From Candidatus Woesearchaeota archaeon (GTDB lineage: Archaea > Nanobdellota > Nanobdellia > Woesearchaeales > ARS49), in the NCBI GenBank assembly GCA_014729505.1, contig WJJS01000001.1, forward strand, positions 12,938 through 76,937: a stretch of DNA of 64,000 bases, written 5' to 3'. This document shows positions 46,665-55,910 of this stretch, in pieces. The notes under the pieces are model-generated. The model saw only the letters and a program-made list of their open reading frames with translations. It did no database searches and was not told the origin of the DNA. Position numbers and translations under genes: made by a program. Positions within the stretch are counted from its first letter, which is position 1; every line of letters starts with the position of its first letter.

Positions 46665-48057
46665 ACTGCGCTTTATTTGACTGTACAGAGCCCTTCTTGT
46701 CACCAGCACTGAAATGAACAATGATAGGATCGAGCGTGATTGTTCCAATCATTTGCACACGACTGCGAATCTTATACGTGACAAAGACTTCTTGACGACC
46801 TTCAACATTTTTGAATTCCCACTTAATACGAGTGCCAAGCGTGTCATGAGTGGACTTACTCTTCAAGGTCGCAACAGCAGAGGGTTTAACATGTCCAGGA
46901 CCGAATTCGCTTAGCACTTCAAAGACCTTTGGCACTTTTTCCACCAAGGAAATATCAACAGGAGAACGCGATCTATTGCGCACCTGTACATGAATAGAGA
47001 GCTCCTTACCACCATGATGGCGACGAATATTCTTCTTGACGACAACAGGAGCGCGAAACATATAATACGCTCCAAGCGCCAGTAACGCGATAATAATGAA
47101 AATAAGAATAGGCCAGTAATTTTTTGAGACCACAATAGTCTTGGATTCTTCAGGATCTAACTGAACAGTCCACACATACACACCGTCTTCTCGCTCAACT
47201 GAAGGCTCAGTCGATGAAAATAAGTTATCAAACCAGCTAACATCAAAACGATACGTATGACGCTTCACATCATTACCATTGTTTGTAAGCGTCACCACAT
47301 CGCGTGTTCGCAAAAATGATGAAGAGGATTGCAACTCTTCGGCTACCTCGCCGTATTCTGCCACTCTAAAAGCAACAGGCGAAGCTTCCATGCGAATCGT
47401 ACGATTCTCGTGTTCAGTAACCAGTGTTGCGCGCAGTTCATCCTCTTGAGGACGAAGGTCAGGATCGAGATCTGCAGTAAACGTGACTGTTTTTGTCTCG
47501 TCAGGACCCAACGTTACCGCGTGCTGGGCATTAATCAAATTACTGCGCACGTACAAGGTCATTTCAGTGATGTTACGTGGGTTCAAGTTTTCCATTTCAA
47601 GAGAATATGTTATGGGTTGTCGAGGATCAACAGACTCGGCAATATGTACTGTGGAACGCACTGAAGGCGTATACAAACGAGGAGTATCCACTAGCGGTTT
47701 CAAACCGACTAGAGGAGTCTCTTTTTTGACAACGCCAAATTGTCGGGCACTAAACGTGATAGGAATAAGATAAAATGCAGGATCATCAACATGCACTTGA
47801 CGAATACGCAATTTTGTAGTTAAACCCTGCGGCGGAACCCGAAGAACGTCTTTTGTAGAGACATCCCAGCGAATGTCAAGGGTGTACATAGTAATATAGA
47901 CCGTTTCACTCGAGTCATGAGTAATAGTCATATCAAATTCTGCAGTTTCATTCATGCGGATCGAGCGTTCATCAGGAGAAATCTGCACATCAAAAGAAAA
48001 CGCAGCAACACCAAACGCGCACAACAACAAGATGACCAATACAGTAATTCGTTTCAC
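46651..48057 (-). CDS. Secreted/surface protein with N-terminal signal peptide and C-terminal TM anchor, hypothetical
   Basis: MKRITVLVILLLCAFGVAAF signal; ILIFIIIALLALGAYYMF near C-terminus. Confidence 0.5.
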   Translation of the reverse strand: MKRITVLVILLLCAFGVAAFSFDVQISPDERSIRMNETAEFDMTITHDSSETVYITMYTLDIRWDVSTKDVLRVPPQGLTTKLRIRQVHVDDPAFYLIPITFSARQFGVVKKETPLVGLKPLVDTPRLYTPSVRSTVHIAESVDPRQPITYSLEMENLNPRNITEMTLYVRSNLINAQHAVTLGPDETKTVTFTADLDPDLRPQEDELRATLVTEHENRTIRMEASPVAFRVAEYGEVAEELQSSSSFLRTRDVVTLTNNGNDVKRHTYRFDVSWFDNLFSSTEPSVEREDGVYVWTVQLDPEESKTIVVSKNYWPILIFIIIALLALGAYYMFRAPVVVKKNIRRHHGGKELSIHVQVRNRSRSPVDISLVEKVPKVFEVLSEFGPGHVKPSAVATLKSKSTHDTLGTRIKWEFKNVEGRQEVFVTYKIRSRVQMIGTITLDPIIVHFSAGDKKGSVQSNKAQFIVK

Positions 48058-48106
48058 AAGACTACCTCTTTACTGTTAGGTACATGATTCATTTATATAA
48101 ACATTT

Positions 48107-50236
48107 CTACTGTAAGCGACTGACATTCTCATATTTCGAGATGGACACTACATGATCTGCAAAACTCTCAATCTTTCGCTCATGACTTACAATAATTACT
48201 TGGTCAAGCTCAAGAGAGTCAAGGACCTCGCGCAAACGATCAAGCTGCTGGGACGAAAAACCATCGGTGGGCTCGTCAAGAATCAGCACATCCCTCGTCT
48301 TAATAGTAGTAATCAAGTTATTAATGACCTTAGTTAGCGCAAGACGATACGCGAGCGCACAAGCGGTACGCTCACCGCCACTCAAATTATCAATCGTTGT
48401 CTCATAACCATTTTGCTCAATAATAGGTGTGAACTCATCATCAAGACGTGCAGAAAACAAATCATCATCAACAAGAGCCGCAAACCACTCGGCAAACAAA
48501 TCATTAAAATTGTGATAAATACGCGCTAACACCTGCTTTTCAATATCCTGCATGAGCGGAATAAAATAACGCGACAACCAGTCACGCGTTTGAGAAACAT
48601 AACGCATCTTCTTTTGAGCCTTCACCTTTTCCTCGATCTCCTTATCAAGCGAATCAATTGTTTGAGAGAGAAGATCAGCTCGCTGAGCAAGCGCCGCAAC
48701 ACGCGCATGCAATTCCTGAAACGCACTAAGAGCAGTATCAAGACGTTTTTTCACCTCCTGCATCGCTTCAGGAACACCAGGAGTAATACGTTGACGCAAA
48801 AGTGCCAGTTCGTTCTTATGATCTTTTTCCAAGGTCATGAACTTCTCCAAGCGGGACTTCAATGTGAGAAGTTCCTTTTCTTGCTCTTGGCGCTGCGCAA
48901 CCTTTGCACGAACTTGCGCTTGAGCCTTTTCCTTTTCAAACATTTCTTGCAGCGCGGACCGAATATCCGAACACCTTTTTTCCAACTGTTCTTTTTGCTC
49001 CTTTTGCGACAATATCTTATCCTGCATACGCTGCAATTTTTGAGACTCCCGCTCAGCAATATTTTGCTTATGCTCTACAGACACGTTCTGCAAACAAGTC
49101 GGGCACTGAGACAAATTATTAATCGCCTGCTTCAACTCCTCGCTCTGCGAGATATGAGTACTACACACGGTGAGTCGCTCACGCACAGATGTTAATTCCT
49201 GCTCGACACTCTTTTGCTCCTCTTCGATCTTTTTGCGCTGCTCAGCAAGCTTCTCCTCGGTCAAGTGAGGCTCCAAAGGCACAGACACTGCCTGTGTCAA
49301 CACCGCGATACGAGAACGAAGATCCTCAGAAAATTGCGAAGTCTGAACGCATTTCTCTTCGAGAAGACGAATTTTTGTAATAAGTTCTTGTTGTTCTTTT
49401 GCAACGCGTTCCCTTTCTGCCACTTCCTTTTTTATCGTCTCAACCACTTGAAACGCAGAATCCTTTTGCGCCTTGACATCACGAAGCGATGCGATAGTGT
49501 GCGCATGATCCTTCTTCTTTTCTTGGAGTCCTTGTTGTTTTACAACAATATCCTTTGTAAACCCTTCAAGGTTGCGCTGCTTGTCACGAAGCGTGCGCAG
49601 GTAAGGCTGCGCATTATCACAAATACGCTTATACTTGTCAATATCAAAGATCTTTCGAAGCACATTAATCCTTGTCTCAGCACTCTCAGTCAAAATCCGC
49701 TTCATCTGCTCTTGAGGAGTATAAACCGTATACCGGTAAATCAACGTTTTACTCTTTGTCAGCATATCTTGAGGGTAGCCAAGCAAGTCAAGAATGCGCA
49801 CCTTGAGTTCAGTAGGAGTCAAATTATGCACGACACCATCAATAATAAGCACGCCTTCATCTTGATCAACAGTTCCTCGAGACGCTTTTAGAGATCGCTT
49901 GATAAACACATGCTGACCGTTCACGTTGAACTCGAGCGTCACAGATCCCTTTTTTGTACCATGACGAAGCAAAGCATTACCTGATAACATACCCCGAAGA
50001 ATGCCAAACAATGAAAACTCAATTGCGAGAAGAACCGTAGATTTGCCAGCACCAATATCGCCCTGCAACAATACCTTTCCTTGAGAAAATGATAACTTCT
50101 CATTAACATAAGAACGGATATTTTCCAGTTGTAAAGAGAGCAATCGCATAGTAAGAGGAAGAGGCAAAAGAGTATATAAGCACTGTTGGCGAGAACTATA
50201 TATCTTTTGGCACCACAAACTGTCTATGGTGTTCAA
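48107..50236 (-). CDS. rad50: Rad50-like SMC-family DNA repair ATPase
   Basis: Walker A GDIGAGKST, long coiled coil with zinc hook QCPTC, signature/Walker B LSGGER...LILDEPT, D-loop, H-loop SHE. Confidence 0.8.
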   Translation of the reverse strand: MNTIDSLWCQKIYSSRQQCLYTLLPLPLTMRLLSLQLENIRSYVNEKLSFSQGKVLLQGDIGAGKSTVLLAIEFSLFGILRGMLSGNALLRHGTKKGSVTLEFNVNGQHVFIKRSLKASRGTVDQDEGVLIIDGVVHNLTPTELKVRILDLLGYPQDMLTKSKTLIYRYTVYTPQEQMKRILTESAETRINVLRKIFDIDKYKRICDNAQPYLRTLRDKQRNLEGFTKDIVVKQQGLQEKKKDHAHTIASLRDVKAQKDSAFQVVETIKKEVAERERVAKEQQELITKIRLLEEKCVQTSQFSEDLRSRIAVLTQAVSVPLEPHLTEEKLAEQRKKIEEEQKSVEQELTSVRERLTVCSTHISQSEELKQAINNLSQCPTCLQNVSVEHKQNIAERESQKLQRMQDKILSQKEQKEQLEKRCSDIRSALQEMFEKEKAQAQVRAKVAQRQEQEKELLTLKSRLEKFMTLEKDHKNELALLRQRITPGVPEAMQEVKKRLDTALSAFQELHARVAALAQRADLLSQTIDSLDKEIEEKVKAQKKMRYVSQTRDWLSRYFIPLMQDIEKQVLARIYHNFNDLFAEWFAALVDDDLFSARLDDEFTPIIEQNGYETTIDNLSGGERTACALAYRLALTKVINNLITTIKTRDVLILDEPTDGFSSQQLDRLREVLDSLELDQVIIVSHERKIESFADHVVSISKYENVSRLQ

Positions 50237-51122
50237 GAGCAGTAATGAAGCGTTTTATTCTGTCAATACTAAGGTCTGATTGTCCAAACTGTCGACGAAG
50301 AGTCACCGACAAGACCGTGCCGCGCTCGTAACGACAGGTACTAGTATCAGTGAAAAAATAGTACTTGCCGTTAATCTTTTTTAGAGCGATAAGATGATGA
50401 TGTGCGCCATCCTTACAAAGCCATATCGGTCTTTTATGATTAAGATCAGAATACCACTGCGTAATTGAATCAACAACAACGTCGAGCTTCACTTTTTGAA
50501 CCTGTTGCAGGGTCTTAAAGAATTTTGGAGCGTGCTTTCTAATAGCTGCACGATTTCTTGTGTTCATGGCCCTAGAAAGAGCACAGGCAGCAGAACAAGG
50601 AGTGTGAGAGATAAAAGGAAATTTTCTCATCAGTTTCTCACGACGGGAAAAATACTCGTAATACGAATATTTCTTTTCAAGATACTTCTCTTCTTGCTCA
50701 CGAATAAACTCCCGAACACAACAAGCAGGATACCCATACAGTTTGCCAGCAATTTTATGAGCTGCTGTTTGACGGCCGCGCTTTATTTCAGACAAATAGT
50801 TCTCAAAAAGCTTTTTCTGCTTTTTTGAAGAAAAAACGTCAAAACCGTACCACGTACCTGCCATTTCCCACTCAATAATATTCTTATGAATACGCGCAAT
50901 CTGTTCAAACGATTTAGGATGGCTCACAGAGAAAAGACAGTTATTTTCCTGCAGATGAAACTGGAAATGCCTGCGCTCATCCAAAGTTGTGGGCGTGATA
51001 CGAAACTGAAGATAGGTAGCAGGCTTTAAACCTGCGGCAAAAAGAAGCAAACGCATACGCGCAGCAGTATCAAGGGCAGGCGTATCCTCTGCAAAGTCAA
51101 GAAACCTCCTCTTTTTATCCAT
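50196..51122 (-). CDS. Hypothetical Cys-rich protein (YGYPACCV, HTPCSAAC motifs), co-oriented upstream of rad50
   Basis: ORF overlapping rad50 start; no phosphoesterase motifs (not Mre11). Confidence 0.4.
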   Translation of the reverse strand: MDKKRRFLDFAEDTPALDTAARMRLLLFAAGLKPATYLQFRITPTTLDERRHFQFHLQENNCLFSVSHPKSFEQIARIHKNIIEWEMAGTWYGFDVFSSKKQKKLFENYLSEIKRGRQTAAHKIAGKLYGYPACCVREFIREQEEKYLEKKYSYYEYFSRREKLMRKFPFISHTPCSAACALSRAMNTRNRAAIRKHAPKFFKTLQQVQKVKLDVVVDSITQWYSDLNHKRPIWLCKDGAHHHLIALKKINGKYYFFTDTSTCRYERGTVLSVTLRRQFGQSDLSIDRIKRFITALEHHRQFVVPKDI

Positions 51123-51199
51123 GATCAGTGGTACGACAACGCAGTATATATTTGTTTTGGACCAAAAAGTTTAAGAATCCATTAAAAATCAATTGTCAC

Positions 51200-52063
51200 A
51201 TGAAATTTCTCGCCATCGGTGATCTGCACGGCGCCATACCAAAGATTCACTTCAAGAATTTTCAGGCGGTTATTGCGCCAGGAGACTTTTGTTCAGATGC
51301 ACCACGACAATACATGTTTCAAGCATTACAATATAATTTGTCACATCCCACAAAAAAAGAAAAACAATGGTATGATATTGTAGGCAAACGCAAAGCAAAA
51401 GCAATGATTGAACAAAGCCTTGCAGACGGCAGAGTCATAGTAGAACGACTCAACGCTCTGAACGTACCTGTATATGTCGTACCAGGAAACTGGGACTGGA
51501 CACCAAAAGATGACAGCGATTGGCATTATTACAGAAAGCATCACTGGACAGCACTTCTTGAAGGATTAGAAAATATAATCGATTGCCATCATCGCCTCGT
51601 CGATGCAGGAACATTTGATATCATAGGACACGGCATTATTTCAGGACCGGAATATCCGCAACACAAAAAAGATCAACAACAACTCACTGCAAAACAACGA
51701 AAAGAAAAACGACGCGAGTACGACAGACAATATCGCAAACTGGACCGTTTATTTCAGCAATCACAAAAACCAGTACTTTTTATTTCTCACAATGTGCCTT
51801 ATGGCACGCCATTTGACAAGATCAACAATCCGTCCTCGCCACGAGACGGAGAACACGTAGGGTCAGTACTTGCAAGAAGAATGAGTCTCAAATATTCGCC
51901 GCTGCTAGGCATCGCAGGACACATGCACGAATATTTTGGCAAGTGCAGACTTGGAAAAACAACGTGGATTGATACCGGTTTTGGCTCAGATGTCAATGTA
52001 GCAATTGACGCAGCACCGCGAAAAATCCGTAAGATAGTTTTCAAAGGGAACACTGCAGTATAA
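51200..52063 (+). CDS. Calcineurin-like metallophosphoesterase (start at MKFLAIGDLHG)
   Basis: GDLHG, GDF, GNWD, ISHNVP, GHMHE motifs. Confidence 0.65.
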   Translation: MKFLAIGDLHGAIPKIHFKNFQAVIAPGDFCSDAPRQYMFQALQYNLSHPTKKEKQWYDIVGKRKAKAMIEQSLADGRVIVERLNALNVPVYVVPGNWDWTPKDDSDWHYYRKHHWTALLEGLENIIDCHHRLVDAGTFDIIGHGIISGPEYPQHKKDQQQLTAKQRKEKRREYDRQYRKLDRLFQQSQKPVLFISHNVPYGTPFDKINNPSSPRDGEHVGSVLARRMSLKYSPLLGIAGHMHEYFGKCRLGKTTWIDTGFGSDVNVAIDAAPRKIRKIVFKGNTAV

Positions 52064-52123
52064 AACGCCCCAACTTTTTTATAGATCCAGACCTCCAAAG
52101 AAAAATAAGATAAAAAAACACAG

Positions 52124-52525
52124 GTGAAGCTAATGAAACTCGATAAGAAACACGAAATTGCACTTCAAGAAGTCGCAGACGCGCATTTTGCTCTTCAACA
52201 GCGATTAAACGAAATCGTCTTTTTAGAAGGTGCAAAACTCTTTGAACCAATAAAAGACATGAGTCTTGATCCGGGCGACATCGTCAAGATTGAAAACCAA
52301 CTCTTTAAACTCCTCGAACAGTACCCTGAATTCAACGGATACCTTGATGCAAGAAAAAAAGCACTGCCCGCCATGCTCGATTTAATGACTAAAATGAAAA
52401 AGGCAAAAAAAGACGATTGGAAACAACTTGTCGAGACAGAACTGGGATTGGAGATTTCTAAAGGAGTACGACTCATGGCAAGCAAAATGGGCATCTCCTA
52501 CGGTTCAAAAGTGTACATCCAGTGA
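52124..52525 (+). CDS. Hypothetical protein
   Basis: ORF only. Confidence 0.35.
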   Translation: MKLMKLDKKHEIALQEVADAHFALQQRLNEIVFLEGAKLFEPIKDMSLDPGDIVKIENQLFKLLEQYPEFNGYLDARKKALPAMLDLMTKMKKAKKDDWKQLVETELGLEISKGVRLMASKMGISYGSKVYIQ

Positions 52526-53574
52526 AACGAATCGTAGTTGTTGGCGGCGGATTTGCAGGAGCATATATCTGCAAAAAACTCGAAAACGCATTCGATGTCA
52601 CACTCATCGATACAAAAAACTATTTCGAATTTACGCCTTCCATTCTGCGATGTTTAGTTGAACCAGACCATCTACGAAAAATACAAGCACTGCACAGAGA
52701 GTATCTTGCAAAAACCACTGTATTGCAGGACACGGTTATTTCCATACCTCAACTGGAATGCAAAAAAAACCGTGAAGTACGTACAAACTCACAAACGTAC
52801 GGTTACGATTATCTCGTACTCTGCACAGGATCATCGTATAGTCTGCCAATAAAAGACCGAGAAGTCATAGCGGCAACGAGAGCAGAAGAACTAACACGTT
52901 ATCATCGCAGGCTTGAAAAATCAAAAAGTGTTCTTGTCATTGGAGGAGGACTTGCAGGTGTTGAAATGGCAGCAGAACTCTGCACTGTCTTTGCAGATAA
53001 AGCAATTATTCTGGCAGACTCCCATAACGTCCTAATGAGTCGCGCACCAAAAAAAGCACAACAATACGCACAACGATTTTTAGAAAAATACGACGTAGAA
53101 CTTATCTTTGGAGAACGAGTAAAGGAACACAAAAAAGGAGCATTCATCTGTGAGAGCGGCCGCCGCATTAGCGCAGACTTTGCCATACTCTGTACAGGCA
53201 TCAAGCCAAACTTTGATTATCTAAAAGAACACAAAAAAGTGCTGAGCAAACGAAAATATGTCAACGTCAAAGACACACTACAAATCAAAGGACACCCATG
53301 TATTTTTGCAGCAGGCGATATTACGGCAATAAAAGAAGAAAAAACAGCACAAAACGCAGAAGAACACGCAAAAATTGTGGTCAAAAATATTATGAACCTG
53401 GAAAAAGGCGAAACATTACAGCACTACGAGTCCAAGAAGCGCACAATGGTCATCAGTCTTGGAAAACATAATGGAATACTGATCAAGAAAAAATGCGTCT
53501 GGACAGGACTACTGCCAGGACTTCTCAAACGAGCAATAGAGAAAAAAACAATGTGGCGTTATCGATATTTGTAG
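52522..53574 (+). CDS. FAD-dependent pyridine nucleotide-disulfide oxidoreductase, NDH-2 (type II NADH:quinone oxidoreductase)-like
   Basis: Two Rossmann GxGxxG motifs: VVVGGGFAGAY and VLVIGGGLAGVEMAAEL; AAGDIT. Confidence 0.7.
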   Translation: MKRIVVVGGGFAGAYICKKLENAFDVTLIDTKNYFEFTPSILRCLVEPDHLRKIQALHREYLAKTTVLQDTVISIPQLECKKNREVRTNSQTYGYDYLVLCTGSSYSLPIKDREVIAATRAEELTRYHRRLEKSKSVLVIGGGLAGVEMAAELCTVFADKAIILADSHNVLMSRAPKKAQQYAQRFLEKYDVELIFGERVKEHKKGAFICESGRRISADFAILCTGIKPNFDYLKEHKKVLSKRKYVNVKDTLQIKGHPCIFAAGDITAIKEEKTAQNAEEHAKIVVKNIMNLEKGETLQHYESKKRTMVISLGKHNGILIKKKCVWTGLLPGLLKRAIEKKTMWRYRYL

Positions 53575-53780
53575 TAACAGTAGTTTTTTTTTTCGAGAAT
53601 ACAGGTTGTTGCGTTACAGGTTATACCTCAAGCCAGTACCAGAATTTTCTACCGTAGCGCTTATCGCAGCCCTGATGGTAGTTGTTGGAGGTTTCTTGAT
53701 AGTAAGGCGGCAAGCTTAAGGATTTTGGCCTAATCCGCTCAATTTTGGCCCGTTATCACCAACTAGGCCTTAAAAAGGGT

Positions 53781-53790
53781 AAGATTTATA
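53781..53790 (+). promoter_or_regulatory. TATA-like box (tttataaacc) in the intergenic leader upstream of tRNA-Asp/tRNA-Lys/rpoH
   Basis: Seen in sequence; about 110 nt upstream of tRNA-Asp. Confidence 0.25.
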
Positions 53791-53901
53791 AACCCCCTCA
53801 AGTTTTTTTGGAAAAAATGGCGGGTAGACATAATTCTCACTGAACTGCAAACTATGTGAGTGAGACGTCTATCACACGTGAGGAGTCATAATGACCCTTG
53901 C

Positions 53902-54025
53902 GCCCTGGTAGTGTAGTGGCCTATCATGAAGCCCTGTCGAGACGAAAACCGTCGCATAAAGGCTTCGACCCGGGTTCAAAGACGGCGTCGGGTTAACCGA
54001 TCCGCTGAAATTCCCGGCCAGGGCG
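53902..54025 (+). tRNA. tRNA-Asp (GTC) with two introns (20 nt at anticodon loop, ~31 nt in T-loop)
   Basis: Acceptor GCCCTGG/CCAGGGC + G; anticodon stem AAGCC/GGCTT loop CTGTCGA; T-stem CCGGG...CCCGG enclosing 38 nt. Confidence 0.65.
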
Positions 54026-54063
54026 TGTGCTCAGCATCCAGCATGCTGGGAGTATACAACAAA

Positions 54064-54179
54064 GGGCCGGTAGCTCAGCCTGGTAGAGCACCTGACTTTT
54101 ATGAAAGTCAAGGACATCAGGTGGTCGCGAGTTCAAAACGATCCCGCGTATGCGGTTCGTGAACGTCTCGTCCGGCCCA
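54064..54179 (+). tRNA. tRNA-Lys (TTT) with two introns (~14 nt at anticodon loop, ~28 nt in T-loop)
   Basis: Acceptor GGGCCGG/CCGGCCC + A; D-arm TAGCTCAGCCTGGTAGAGC; anticodon stem CCTGA/TCAGG loop CTTTTAT; T-stem GCGAG...CTCGT enclosing 35 nt. Confidence 0.65.
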
Positions 54180-54187
54180 TTTTTACT

Positions 54188-54433
54188 ATGGCAAAAACAA
54201 CCTTCGACGTATCCAAACACGTGCTTGTACCAAAGCACAAAAAGGTGAGTGAAAAGGAGAAAAAAGAATTACAAGAGCGATACTCCCCCTCACTAAAAGA
54301 ACTGCCGCGCATCCTACAAAACGATCCTGCAATACAACATCTCGACATCAAAGAGAACGACGTTATCAAGATCGAACGCAAAAGCATGACTGCAGGAACG
54401 ATCACTTTCTATCGGAGGGTATCGAATGGTTGA
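54188..54433 (+). CDS. rpoH: DNA-directed RNA polymerase subunit H (Rpo5)
   Basis: MAKTTFDVSKHVLVPKHKKVSEKEKKELQERYSPSLKELPRILQNDPAI...TAGTITFYRRV; track ORF start 54101 rejected because it overlaps tRNA-Lys. Confidence 0.85.
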   Translation: MAKTTFDVSKHVLVPKHKKVSEKEKKELQERYSPSLKELPRILQNDPAIQHLDIKENDVIKIERKSMTAGTITFYRRVSNG

Positions 54434-55910
54434 TCAAACACGACTCATTTTACAAAAATTCTTTGAAGAACACAGCTTTGTAGAAAGCGATATTGAATCA
54501 TTCAACCAATTCGTTGACCAACAATTACAGGAAATCATTGACGAAAACAGAGTAATTGAACCTGCGATTATCCCACCGAACGTTGAAAGCTTCAAAATAC
54601 GACTCGACAAAGTATGGGTAACAAAACCAGAAATTACCGAAGCAGACGGCTCGAAACGAATGGTTTATCCGCAAGAAGCAAGACTTCGAAAACTCAGTTA
54701 CGCAGCACCCATCTATCTGGAGATAAGTTCTCACATCAATGACGTACAACGAGAAACGTTTACGACACAAATAGGCAACCTGCCCATTATGCTCAAGAGC
54801 AATTACTGCCACCTCAATAGGTTAAACAGAGACGAACTCTTTGCCAAAGGAGAAGATCCTGATGATCCTGGCGGATACTTCATTATCAACGGTACAGAAA
54901 GAGTACTCGTCAATATTGAAGACCTGGGAGCAAACCGTTTTCTCGTCGAGCGTACGGGAGGAGTATCAAAATACACCGGCAAACTATTCAGTGAAGCGGG
55001 ATCGTACAAAATACCTCACATGATCGAAAGACTCAAAGACGGCATCTTCTACCTCTCATTTACACGAGTAAAACGCATACCGCTGATACTCGTACTCAAA
55101 GCTCTTGGTTTGACAAAAGATGAAGATATCGTACGAACAGTCTCAGACAAAAAACAATACGATGAAGTCCTCATTAACATTTTCGAATACGTCGGTGTAA
55201 AAAATGCAGAAGACGCAATCGATACAATGGCCAAAAAAATTGGCATCACACAAACAAAGGACATACGATTACAACGCATGAGCGAAATCATCGATCGATT
55301 CCTCTTGCCACACCTAGGAACAGAAAAAAGCGACCGCATCAAAAAAGCACATAACTTATGCAAAATGGTGCGCAAGTTTATCGATGTATCAAATGGCAAA
55401 ATGCGAACAGATGACAAAGATCATTATCTCAATAAACGAGTAAAAATGAGCGGCGATCTCCTGGCAGATCTATTGCGCACAAACATCAAAGTACTCATCA
55501 GCGATCTGCTTTACAACTTTCAGCGCATCGTCAAAAGAGGAAAATTTCCAAGCATCAAAGTAATCATCAGAGACCAACTACTCACCATGAGAATATACGG
55601 AGCGATGGCTACAGGAAACTGGGTTGGGGGACGAAAAGGAATAAGCCAACGAATACAACGAACAAACCATCTCAACACCATCAGCTATCTTCAAAAGGTA
55701 GTATCACCACTTTCAACATCACAGGAAAACTTCCTAGCACGTGAACTTCATGCTACACATTTAGGACGACTCTGTCCAAGTGAAACGCCGGAAGGAACAA
55801 ACATCGGGCTACGAAAGAATCTAGCACTACTTGCTTCTGTAAGTAAAGAAGGCAATGAAGAAGAAGTGCACAAAGCATTGCAAGGATTAGGGCTGCGAGG
55901 TTTTGAGTAA
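54426..55910 (+). CDS. rpoB2: DNA-directed RNA polymerase subunit B'' (Rpo2 N-terminal part)
   Basis: N-terminal half of Rpo2; 494 aa; operon position H-B''-B'-A'-A''. Confidence 0.9.
   Translation: MVDQTRLILQKFFEEHSFVESDIESFNQFVDQQLQEIIDENRVIEPAIIPPNVESFKIRLDKVWVTKPEITEADGSKRMVYPQEARLRKLSYAAPIYLEISSHINDVQRETFTTQIGNLPIMLKSNYCHLNRLNRDELFAKGEDPDDPGGYFIINGTERVLVNIEDLGANRFLVERTGGVSKYTGKLFSEAGSYKIPHMIERLKDGIFYLSFTRVKRIPLILVLKALGLTKDEDIVRTVSDKKQYDEVLINIFEYVGVKNAEDAIDTMAKKIGITQTKDIRLQRMSEIIDRFLLPHLGTEKSDRIKKAHNLCKMVRKFIDVSNGKMRTDDKDHYLNKRVKMSGDLLADLLRTNIKVLISDLLYNFQRIVKRGKFPSIKVIIRDQLLTMRIYGAMATGNWVGGRKGISQRIQRTNHLNTISYLQKVVSPLSTSQENFLARELHATHLGRLCPSETPEGTNIGLRKNLALLASVSKEGNEEEVHKALQGLGLRGFE

Noticed and set aside
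48590-49891. Plus-strand ORFs 48590-49195 and 49214-49891 antisense to rad50
   Set aside because: Shadow ORFs produced by the biased composition of the coiled-coil region.
51200-52063. Calling the metallophosphoesterase Mre11
   Set aside because: It has GNWD in place of the Mre11 GNHD motif. It is too short (287 aa), lacks the capping domain, and is divergently oriented from rad50.
54101-54433. Long rpoH ORF starting at 54101
   Set aside because: The first 29 codons overlap tRNA-Lys. The conserved RpoH sequence begins at MAKTT (54188).
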